Source of the DNA: Bacilli bacterium
GTDB taxonomy: Bacteria; Bacillota_I; Bacilli_A; RFN20; CAG-826
Assembly: GCA_045111495.1 (NCBI GenBank)
Contig: JBGUGI010000067.1
Coordinates: forward strand, 1-33,766
Length of the DNA: 33,766 nucleotides
Reading direction: 5' to 3'
This document shows, in pieces, positions 19,056 through 27,473 of this stretch. The stretch's first letter is position 1. Each line of letters starts with the position of its first letter. A program made the position numbers and the translations under genes. The notes under the pieces were generated by a model that saw nothing but the letters and a program-made list of their open reading frames with translations, made no database searches and was not told where the DNA came from.

Positions 19056-22000
19056 AATCCACTCCCCCTAAATAGTCTTAATACAAGAGGTGTTACAGCA
19101 GTTAAAACAGCTGGGAATGCTGGCATAAATCCATTCATGAATTCTTGAACCTTAGCAGTGATTTCAAAGCCAAACATTCTTCCAGTATCAAAGTAAGTAA
19201 TAGCGAGGTTGTAACCACCCATTGCTGCAGCATAGATTGTCATAATTGATAGTAAGTAATAGAAATAGACATTCGAACAATCACAATCTGATGAACTTGG
19301 TTTAGTCTTTCTAACAATTGTTACGATTAAGTTAGCAACCGCTAAAAGTGTTGCCCATATTAAACCAGGAAGCATTTTATCATATGTTGGATTCCTTGTA
19401 CTTATGGTACCACCCAAGATCTCAAGAGTGCTTTGTTGAGTATGAAGAATCACGTTAATCACAATAAATGGAACAACAGACAAAATGCCAAACACAATAA
19501 GAAGTGGCTTATATGGATTCTTACCTGTTGTTAGATGACCATATCCAAATCTCGCCATTAAAGCGGCAACAATGGATACTCCTAGTAACACTACGTATGC
19601 TGATTCAGGTTTTAATAAGATAACCGCTGCAAGAGCAATAACTAATAACAAGATATTAAAGAACACCTGTACTCTTTCTTTAGCAAAAGAATAACTGCTC
19701 ACATTAGGAGTGGAAGACTTTGTCTTTGGAGCTTTTTTGGCTTCTTGAATCAAGGTGCCATTACCAATGGAAATAATGATTTCTTCCACAGGTGTGTCAT
19801 ATGGATTATCCATCTTCATTAATCTATTGTGTTTATTTCTAAAGGCTTTATATAAGTTTCTCTTTTCTTTGCCTTTACCATTTTTAATATTTTCAATAGC
19901 TTCATAGAATGCTAAATAATGATTAACTTGGTTAGGATGCTTTTCTTCATGAACGGCGACAAGCATTCTATAAGAAGATAAATCATTAAGTGATTTTCTA
20001 TAGAATAAGATGCTGTAGTTAGATGGTTTCTTGATATCACATTTAACTAAGCCCCATCTCGCGTCACAGTTAGCCTCATCAATATTTAAGACTTCTTCAT
20101 AGTAACGTCTTGCTTCTTTAAATCTCTTTTCGAGTAATAAGCGGTTACCGATTCGCATTAATAAGGCAATGGTATTTTCATCACTAGTGGAACCACTTCC
20201 TGTTAAAGAGGCCATCAAATTGAATATCTGTCTTGTGATGACTTTATTCTTTTTCTTATTAGTCATGATACAAGCGGCTCTTAAGATGATATTGAAATAG
20301 TTATTGCTTCTACTTGGAGAGATAAAATCCATCTTATAGCCACTTTCAATGGCTTTAATCATGAAGTAATAAAGATTAGCTTCTTTTAACTTATCATCGA
20401 TATTCTTTTTATTAATATTGAATTCCGCATAGTTTTTCTTTTTTAGTTTTTTAGCTAAGCTCCATTCACTAGCCCCTAAATCATCTAAATCAAAGCAGAA
20501 ACGATACCATAAGCAATCAACATCTAACTTATTGATTTCTAATGCTAAGTTGATGAATTCATCAACGAGGGCCTTATTATCCTTGCTTTTACTACTAGAT
20601 AAAGTCATGAATGATTTACGGTATAAATCAAAGATTTGTCTAGCGCCTTTTTCTTCGTAGTTAGAATAGATTCTTCTAAATAACTTATTAGCGATATTTA
20701 AGATAACATCATTTTTGATTTTAGTGTTTTGTACTTTGTTATTAACTAAATCAAAATAAGGCTTTTCAAAGTCTTTCGCGTATTCGAATAATTCATTCTT
20801 ATCTTCATACGTTTTAGCGATAGTTAAGAAAGTAGATTCTTCTTTCTTTAATTCACTAGCAAATCTAGTGGGATTATCACTGAATGATTTCTTCAGCATC
20901 TGCACCATGGCTTTTCTCACCCTCGCGCAGTCTTCTCCCCCCGCTTCCATAAGGGCTAAGAAGTCATTATTCATGCGTTGGATATCATCCACTCGCCATA
21001 ATGATGTATTAACTAAACTATCATCATTAGGAATCTTAAAGTTACATTTTAATTTGGCTAAGTTAGCTTCAAAGTTAAACTTATTAGTTTCTGTTAAACG
21101 ACATAGCTTCTTATACGCGGCTTTGTATTTGTTGTTGTTATTAATCTTCATATCCGCGACTGCGAGGTTGAAGTCTGTTCTTTCTAAGTTGTTTAATTCT
21201 TTTTCTTTAAAGCCTGTAAACTTCCTAGCAACGATTTCTTCCTTTTTGACGGATAAAGTACCAACCTTGTTGGTTTGAACTTTAATATCGTTAAATTTGC
21301 TCTTCTTCTCTTTTGAGATTAAAGAGCTAATGAGGCTATAGACATTACTATCAAATTCATCATCTAATTTAATGCCTTCAATGCCTTCTAGTTCTCTAGG
21401 AAGTTTATCTGGAGTGAAGCCATTATCAAAGACTGGGAGTAAACGTAATTTAACGTCCACTTCGTTTTCCATTCTCTTTTTAAATCTGGCCCATTCGTTT
21501 TTAACCCAAGGGGCTAATAAGTATTCTTTATGATCTGGAGTAGCACACACTAAGACGAATAACTTAGCACTTAATAAAGCACTACAAATGACTGGTTCAA
21601 AAGCTTTACCAGCATATCTGTGGTAAAGTGTATCTTCTGCGTAGAAGACATTTAATCCCCAATCATTAAATTTACGATATAACTTATCAGCGGTTTTACT
21701 ATCCCAAGTTAAACCACTGTCACCAGTTGTTCTTTTATAACAAATAAAGACATCGAAAGGTTCGATTTCTTTCATTGTTTTAATCGACTCTTCACGAAGC
21801 TTTTCAATCTCTTCTAAACGTTCTTTATAGTTTTTAAGTGTGGCTGGTAACTCGCTTAATATAGATTCTAGTTTATGGTAATACTCTTTAGAGAATATTG
21901 ATTCCTTTTGGACACTAGAAATAACTGGTTTCTCGGTAATGTTACTATCTTCACTAACATAAGAGACACCATAATCCGAAAGGAGTAATTGGAAATATAT

Positions 22001-22243
22001 TTCCGCGACATCTGGGTAAGTAGAAACAAGATCTTCTAAGATGATAGTTGCTTCATTGAAGTCGAACTTATTTCTCTTGATAATTGCGTCATTAATTTGA
22101 CTTTGTAATTGGTCATTAAGACCGGTTTTTGATTCCTTTAAAGGGAATATTTTATGACAATACTGACATTTTACAAATTCTTCATTCTGATCAACTAGTC
22201 TTTCACCACCACAGTGCGGACATTTGATTAGAATATCTGGCAT
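19052..22243 (-). CDS. Zinc-finger + TIR domain + TPR-like helical + multi-pass membrane protein
   Basis: Likely start is MPDILIKCPHCGG at 22243 (TAATG overlap with the protease stop). CPHC..CQYC zinc finger; TIR motifs FDVFICYKR, LNVFYAE, PWVKNEW (catalytic Glu position); TPR-like FKEARRYYEEVLNIDEANCDARWGL; about six hydrophobic segments at the C-terminus. Confidence 0.82.
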   Translation of the reverse strand: MPDILIKCPHCGGERLVDQNEEFVKCQYCHKIFPLKESKTGLNDQLQSQINDAIIKRNKFDFNEATIILEDLVSTYPDVAEIYFQLLLSDYGVSYVSEDSNITEKPVISSVQKESIFSKEYYHKLESILSELPATLKNYKERLEEIEKLREESIKTMKEIEPFDVFICYKRTTGDSGLTWDSKTADKLYRKFNDWGLNVFYAEDTLYHRYAGKAFEPVICSALLSAKLFVLVCATPDHKEYLLAPWVKNEWARFKKRMENEVDVKLRLLPVFDNGFTPDKLPRELEGIEGIKLDDEFDSNVYSLISSLISKEKKSKFNDIKVQTNKVGTLSVKKEEIVARKFTGFKEKELNNLERTDFNLAVADMKINNNNKYKAAYKKLCRLTETNKFNFEANLAKLKCNFKIPNDDSLVNTSLWRVDDIQRMNNDFLALMEAGGEDCARVRKAMVQMLKKSFSDNPTRFASELKKEESTFLTIAKTYEDKNELFEYAKDFEKPYFDLVNNKVQNTKIKNDVILNIANKLFRRIYSNYEEKGARQIFDLYRKSFMTLSSSKSKDNKALVDEFINLALEINKLDVDCLWYRFCFDLDDLGASEWSLAKKLKKKNYAEFNINKKNIDDKLKEANLYYFMIKAIESGYKMDFISPSRSNNYFNIILRAACIMTNKKKNKVITRQIFNLMASLTGSGSTSDENTIALLMRIGNRLLLEKRFKEARRYYEEVLNIDEANCDARWGLVKCDIKKPSNYSILFYRKSLNDLSSYRMLVAVHEEKHPNQVNHYLAFYEAIENIKNGKGKEKRNLYKAFRNKHNRLMKMDNPYDTPVEEIIISIGNGTLIQEAKKAPKTKSSTPNVSSYSFAKERVQVFFNILLLVIALAAVILLKPESAYVVLLGVSIVAALMARFGYGHLTTGKNPYKPLLIVFGILSVVPFIVINVILHTQQSTLEILGGTISTRNPTYDKMLPGLIWATLLAVANLIVTIVRKTKPSSSDCDCSNVYFYYLLSIMTIYAAAMGGYNLAITYFDTGRMFGFEITAKVQEFMNGFMPAFPAVLTAVTPLVLRLFRGSGL

Positions 22244-22971
22244 TAGAATTCGTACCCCCATCCTCTTAAAATATCTAAGATGTGATTGACTGGAATGAAG
22301 AAATTCATGCCTTTTGCATACATCATTCCTGAGACACACATGGCAATAAGTTCGCCTTTAGTGTTAAATAATGGGCCACCAGAGTTACCTTTGTTTGTCG
22401 AAACATCACTTGTTAATAAATAAGATTCTCCAACTCTTTTGTTTGTATCAGAAACAATACCACGAGAAACACTTATACCCATGCCTAAAGAATTGCCGAT
22501 AGCAATAACTTCATCACCATTTCTTAGTTTTGAAGAATCACCAAACTTAAGATGATTGTATGGAAGAGGATCATCAATCTTCACTAACGCAACGTCTTCA
22601 GAATCATAGCCTCTTCTTGGAACATTACCTTTAACGACTTTTCCGAGGTATTTTTGTCCTTCGAGAATAACTTGTACATATTCAAAGAAGACTTTATTAT
22701 CTTCGTCGTACACCATATGTCCATTGGTTAAGATATATCCATCACGGGAAATTAAGCATCCTGAACCGGTACCGCTCTCATTATTTATGATGGCAACAGC
22801 CTCGACGTTTTTATCGTAGACATTAGATACACTCTTTTGTGGAGCCGGCATTTGATAGTCGGAACTACCATAACCACTATTAGGTGTCGATTGAACTTCT
22901 ATCGGTGAAAAGCAGTAAGGACATTTGCTCTTACCATCTGGCACATTCGCGCCACACTTAGGGCAGCGCAT
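22243..22971 (-). CDS. Zinc-ribbon + trypsin-like (HtrA-type, no PDZ) serine protease
   Basis: CPKC...CPYC at the N-terminus; GSGCLI, ILTNGH (His), DVALVKI (Asp), NKGNSGGPL (Ser). No signal peptide. Confidence 0.9.
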   Translation of the reverse strand: MRCPKCGANVPDGKSKCPYCFSPIEVQSTPNSGYGSSDYQMPAPQKSVSNVYDKNVEAVAIINNESGTGSGCLISRDGYILTNGHMVYDEDNKVFFEYVQVILEGQKYLGKVVKGNVPRRGYDSEDVALVKIDDPLPYNHLKFGDSSKLRNGDEVIAIGNSLGMGISVSRGIVSDTNKRVGESYLLTSDVSTNKGNSGGPLFNTKGELIAMCVSGMMYAKGMNFFIPVNHILDILRGWGYEF

Positions 22972-22974
22972 AAA

Positions 22975-24147
22975 CTAGAGCTCCTTACCACAGTGTGGAC
23001 AGTATTTGCCTTTACTCTTGATAGTTTTGCCACAGTGTGGGCATTTTCTTTCCATTGGCGCTAAAGCTTCACCGCATTGTGGACAGAATGGTTCGCCTGT
23101 AACGACTTCTGCACCACACTTTGGACAGAATCTCTTAGCAACGTCTTTAGCTGCTTCTGCAGCGGCTTTCTTAGCTTCTTGAGCGTACATTGGATCATGT
23201 GGATAGCCTAAGAGTTTGATAACTTCTAAATACTTGGATTCGTCTTCTCTTCTTAAAGCGATAAGGAATTTTGTTCTTTCCCATTCTTTATCATCAAGTC
23301 TTTCAAGTTCGGCTGCGATTTCTTTAGCATCCGCTTTGAATTTCTTTTCATCTCTATTAGCTTTAAGAGTGGCTTCAATTTCAGCGCGTTGAGCGTCATC
23401 AATGAATAATTGTTCAATTGAGAAGATTGGGCTATATAAACCATATTGTTCATTTAACATTTCAGACACTAGTGGTTGGATAGCTTCCGCTACTTCACCT
23501 TCGTGTAATGGTAAATCAATATATCCTAAGTGATGTTCATGAATAACTTTGGTTAATTCATTCTTAAGAATATGAACGACATGGTCATTAATTCTTTCTA
23601 ATAAGTCTTCCATCTTAAAGTCACGGTTACTACCGACGACTCTTTCGAAGAATTTCTTCACATCTGCGATTCTGATGTCATATTTACCACGACCTCTGAT
23701 ATCCACTGGAATATCTGTTTCTGGATCTCTATAAGGGATTGGGTTTGGGATACCCCAGAAGCCTTCATAGGAAAGGTTTTGGTTAAAGACGACAACATCA
23801 AACATGATATTATCTTTAACTTGTTTCTTTGGTTTCCCAAATAAGCATTTCTTCTTGTATTCGAAGTCATCTTCTCCGAAGGCTGGATATGAACCATTCG
23901 CTAAAGGTTCACTAGCAACACCATCTCTAATAATCATCATTTCGCATCCAGGAGCGGCTAAGATGAGTTTAGTTTCAGGATTCTTAAACGCACCATAGGC
24001 GCGATAGAATAAATTCTTGTTGTCTGTTTCTAATCTGATCTTGTCAACATTAGTTGGTAAATCAACGATCTTGCCATCCTCGTGATTTCCAGACACCACA
24101 AAAGTGCTCATTGGCACATTGTCAGTTTTTGCTTTCTTTTTGCACAT
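22975..24147 (-). CDS. SPFH (band 7 / YdjI-like) domain protein with C-terminal double zinc ribbons
   Basis: WGIPNPIPYRDPETDIPVDIRGRGKYDIRIAD..KFF resembles the YdjI-like SPFH signature; coiled-coil region; four CPxCG motifs at the C-terminus. Confidence 0.8.
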   Translation of the reverse strand: MCKKKAKTDNVPMSTFVVSGNHEDGKIVDLPTNVDKIRLETDNKNLFYRAYGAFKNPETKLILAAPGCEMMIIRDGVASEPLANGSYPAFGEDDFEYKKKCLFGKPKKQVKDNIMFDVVVFNQNLSYEGFWGIPNPIPYRDPETDIPVDIRGRGKYDIRIADVKKFFERVVGSNRDFKMEDLLERINDHVVHILKNELTKVIHEHHLGYIDLPLHEGEVAEAIQPLVSEMLNEQYGLYSPIFSIEQLFIDDAQRAEIEATLKANRDEKKFKADAKEIAAELERLDDKEWERTKFLIALRREDESKYLEVIKLLGYPHDPMYAQEAKKAAAEAAKDVAKRFCPKCGAEVVTGEPFCPQCGEALAPMERKCPHCGKTIKSKGKYCPHCGKEL

Positions 24148-24180
24148 ATAAAAGTTTCTCCATTATGTAACATAGTCCCC

Positions 24181-24218
24181 ATGACTTATGTACGTTATTT
24201 GATTTAATAATAAGTCAT
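24181..24218. promoter_or_regulatory. Inverted repeat upstream of the SPFH operon (possible operator)
   Basis: ATGACTTAT-N20-ATAAGTCAT. Confidence 0.35.
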
Positions 24219-24310
24219 ATATGTATACGTACGCAATAGGATTGTAAATATGGGCAAAAATGATTAAAAATGGGATGAAATATTCAACTTTTTATCAAAT
24301 GATTATTCTA

Positions 24311-25492
24311 CTAAAATAGGAATCTCAAGTAATCTAGAATGCCTGTTCTGCAAAAACGACAGGCGCCACTCCTCGCTGCTGGGCAAGCCGATGATGCGCT
24401 GTTGTTCAAAGAAAAACAATATTTGATGCCAGGGTGTCCATATACCCATTTATCATAGATTCTATAGTTACGCCCCTTTTTCAATTGTGAATTAGGAATT
24501 AAATAGATAGTATTATCATGGCAAGGCAGGCTAGGATAGTAATATGGTTCAGTGCCGTGATGAGGAACTTTGATTAAGTCAAAATTTCTAATTTTGCCAC
24601 CGTGATTTCTTTTATGTTTTATCATCGCACGATCCAATGCGTAATCGTCAGCATCGCCACACATTAATAGTTTTGATTCTATTTCGAAGACTATCGAAAG
24701 TCTGTTTTCCATATCGCTTATAGCTTTAGAAAGGCTATCTGAAATAGACATTTTCTTTAGATATGCGGCAACCTCATCGAGCGATGGGATGGTTTCGTCT
24801 TTATACGATTCTTGAACTTCATCAATATCGAAACTAGTAATGACTCCATCTTTTGCTTTTTTCAAAAGAATAGAAAAGTAATTATGAATTTTTAAGAGAC
24901 ATTTAACTACTGGATTCGTTTTGTCATAGCAAATACATTGGAACAGTTGGTTTCCAATATTTTGAACTTCTTTTTTTAATTTTTCATCTTCATCAAGTGG
25001 ACCAGGCCACAAAACATTTGCGACCGTTTTCCCAATATTTATTTTATTTCTGACAGTGTTGTTAACCCCATAAACGGTACTGCCGCTGGCAAGAAGGCTT
25101 CTGAATGTTTTAAATGACAACCAGATTCGAAAGCTTTCGTGGTCACCAGTGATTGCTGCATACATCGCTAGACTAGCGTACGCTGTTGAAAAATCAAATG
25201 TTAGTCCGCAAAGGCTGAGATCTCTTACATATACATTCTTAAAGGTAACGCCATATAAAAACAATTCGTAAAGCGTGTTAAAATGATCGGCATGGTAATG
25301 GGTGACCAAAAGATTCTTTACATCAAATTTATTGAGCTCTTTGCTAATTAATTTTGACATAAATGCCTTCCTAGTAGATCCTTGATTTAACGAGCCGCAG
25401 TCAATTAGCAAATTATTAGTTTCATCTTCGATTAAAAACGAATCGCCAAAACACATATTAAAAAAAGTAATAGTTCTATTCATCTGACTCAT
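24311..25492 (-). CDS. ComEC/Rec2-type metallo-beta-lactamase-fold hydrolase (putative nuclease effector)
   Basis: FGDSFLI, LLIDCGS, THYHADH (HxHxDH), NRLSIV, LMCGDA, IKVPHHGT. No TM segments or signal peptide. The ATG overlaps the RT stop (TAATG). Confidence 0.85.
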   Translation of the reverse strand: MSQMNRTITFFNMCFGDSFLIEDETNNLLIDCGSLNQGSTRKAFMSKLISKELNKFDVKNLLVTHYHADHFNTLYELFLYGVTFKNVYVRDLSLCGLTFDFSTAYASLAMYAAITGDHESFRIWLSFKTFRSLLASGSTVYGVNNTVRNKINIGKTVANVLWPGPLDEDEKLKKEVQNIGNQLFQCICYDKTNPVVKCLLKIHNYFSILLKKAKDGVITSFDIDEVQESYKDETIPSLDEVAAYLKKMSISDSLSKAISDMENRLSIVFEIESKLLMCGDADDYALDRAMIKHKRNHGGKIRNFDLIKVPHHGTEPYYYPSLPCHDNTIYLIPNSQLKKGRNYRIYDKWVYGHPGIKYCFSLNNSASSACPAARSGACRFCRTGILDYLRFLF

Positions 25493-27189
25493 TAAAAGCG
25501 CTCCTCATCTTCGCTTGGTTGTTGACTATCATATAAATCAAAAATGATTCTTGGTGTGTCGTCTAAATAACCATCATAATTCTCTTTATCGACAGAATAA
25601 ATGGACATCAATAAAGGTGAAAAACAAGTAAGGAATAATTTCCCACTTGATAAATTGGTTTGGGTTTTTGCTATATTAAACAGATTCTTATTCATCCCAT
25701 TTCCTTTTTTAATGAACGACATAAGGACGAAAGGACTTTTTTTCTTTACTTGTTTATTGTATAAATCAAAAGCCTCCTCTTTTTGAAAATCAATCCCGTA
25801 TTTGCTAATTATGTAATAATGCCACACTTGAATGATTGAAGAGTTGTAGGAGGAATTAATTAATTCTGTTTTGGAAAGCATATCATCAACAATTTCGAGT
25901 TGTATTGGTGTGCCTTCATTTCTTGACATAATGGCATCTATTATTTTGAAACATCTACTTCCTAGATACTTTTCTGTAAGCGCCAGTTTGTAAAAATAAT
26001 TAATTGAATAACTTGGGTTTTCAATTTCGCAATCATTACTCTCCATAAAGCCTTTTATCTTAGACAATATGGCTTTTGAGAGGCTCTTTTTATTTCCTAT
26101 AACTGCTTTAGCAATTGTGGCTTTAAGAGCTTCTAAAGCATCAAGGCTTCCACCATTCTCACAATAATTCTTTGCGCTTATTTCAATTTCGTCTTTCAAG
26201 TCTTCTTCATACTCTAAGGCACACTTTTCAATTAACGTCTTATTTTCATTAATAGAAAGCTCATACTCGAAAAGCAACATTTGCAGCTTATCCAAAAGTG
26301 TTGATAGTTCTTCCTTTGAATCACTATAAAAGGTCATGTCATCGACATTGCGCAGATAGCCAATCGATTTGTCTTTGATTAAGTCTTTTTCGATTCTCTT
26401 ATCAATTTCATTCATAAACAATTCTGCGCAAAGCGTTGAAGAAAACGGTCCAGGGAAGATTCCTTTTGTTTGGCTTAGATTTGTTCTTTGACTGAATTTG
26501 TCCAAAAATGAGAAATACACATTCTCCAAAGATGTAGGGGGCAGTTCAAAAGTGTTGTATCTCTTTCCGATTCTTTCTAAATGATGCGTATAAATGTTTG
26601 AGTAGAAATTAGAAATATCGACTTTCAAAGAATATAAGTAATTTTTTTCTTCTTTTTTAGTCCTTTCTTTCTTATGCTCAAAGCCGAATATATTAACCAA
26701 GAAGTCAAAATCTTCGTCTTCATATTCTTGATAAAAATCTTCGATAATGTAAAAGCCGTTATCAACAAAAATAGGAGAAAGACTGCATGAGTAGTAAGTT
26801 GATTCCAAGTATATATTTGTGAAAAAACTGTCTTTTAAAGAGACGGTGTTGTAAACAAATCCAAGATATAAAAGTGGATTAACCATACCCATCTGCCGCA
26901 GCGAGTTGTTGTTTTTATACGAATAAAACTTGGCTATTTCTGTTCCGTATGGTGCGCCATTACGAATCTTGAAATCTTTTATCCCAGAAACAAAGGTTTC
27001 ATCTGAATTATGAAAAGTAAATAAATCATATCTTTCTTTGTTGCTAATGTTATTTAAAACATTGAAGTATCCAGCATTTGATGGATGATTAAAAATAGGC
27101 GGAAGATCTTTGTCCCACAATCCTTCAATAAGGGTTTTACACTTGCTCAAAAAATCATAATTTAACATATTCCAATACTCCAATGACAT
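25492..27189 (-). CDS. Abi/UG-class (AbiK/AbiA-like) reverse transcriptase with helical C-terminal extension
   Basis: K....R.M...NP..Y; motif A VDISNFYSNIYTH; motif B GIFPGPFSSTLCAELF; motif C YLRNVDD; LSINENKT; then ~240 aa of predicted helical tail. Lacks retron NAxxH/VTG motifs and the group II intron YADD/maturase domain. Confidence 0.85.
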   Translation of the reverse strand: MSLEYWNMLNYDFLSKCKTLIEGLWDKDLPPIFNHPSNAGYFNVLNNISNKERYDLFTFHNSDETFVSGIKDFKIRNGAPYGTEIAKFYSYKNNNSLRQMGMVNPLLYLGFVYNTVSLKDSFFTNIYLESTYYSCSLSPIFVDNGFYIIEDFYQEYEDEDFDFLVNIFGFEHKKERTKKEEKNYLYSLKVDISNFYSNIYTHHLERIGKRYNTFELPPTSLENVYFSFLDKFSQRTNLSQTKGIFPGPFSSTLCAELFMNEIDKRIEKDLIKDKSIGYLRNVDDMTFYSDSKEELSTLLDKLQMLLFEYELSINENKTLIEKCALEYEEDLKDEIEISAKNYCENGGSLDALEALKATIAKAVIGNKKSLSKAILSKIKGFMESNDCEIENPSYSINYFYKLALTEKYLGSRCFKIIDAIMSRNEGTPIQLEIVDDMLSKTELINSSYNSSIIQVWHYYIISKYGIDFQKEEAFDLYNKQVKKKSPFVLMSFIKKGNGMNKNLFNIAKTQTNLSSGKLFLTCFSPLLMSIYSVDKENYDGYLDDTPRIIFDLYDSQQPSEDEERF

Positions 27190-27254
27190 ATCGGGAACTA
27201 AAAAGCACCTTTGCCTTTTAGTATACTAACAATCTCTCATAAAACATATATTTT

Positions 27255-27473
27255 TTGATAGAATCAGGATTTATTATCAACAAAAAAACAGCGCTTGGCT
27301 GTTTTTTGATTCGCCCAATAAGGCGGTAACATCGTTGGAAATAAGTGGCGGATCACTTATTCCATTTCACTTGCTGTTCTGACACGGCACGAAATGGTAT
27401 GATCCAGTGCAAAAACCCCATAGTAGATCTTTACGAATGATTTTCACAAGCAATGCAATGCTCCGGAGAGCAA
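27255..27473 (-). ncRNA. Putative structured ncRNA / regulatory RNA between the dGTPase-like gene and the RT (strand uncertain)
   Basis: At least six stems in ~220 nt, including competing helices and a cUCCGg tetraloop on the minus strand. Confidence 0.45.
27281..27308. terminator. Bidirectional terminator-like hairpin upstream of the RT
   Basis: AAAAAACAGC-gcttg-GCTGTTTTTT. Confidence 0.75.

Noticed and set aside
22244-22339. N-terminal 32-aa extension of the TIR ORF in the ORF track
   Set aside because: It overlaps the protease gene; the TAATG-coupled ATG at 22243 puts the zinc finger at the N-terminus.
25492-27473. Retron or group II intron interpretation of the RT and upstream hairpins
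   Set aside because: No retron NAxxH or VTG motifs and no convincing a1/a2 inverted repeats; no YADD, maturase domain or intron domain V. The motifs fit the Abi/UG class.
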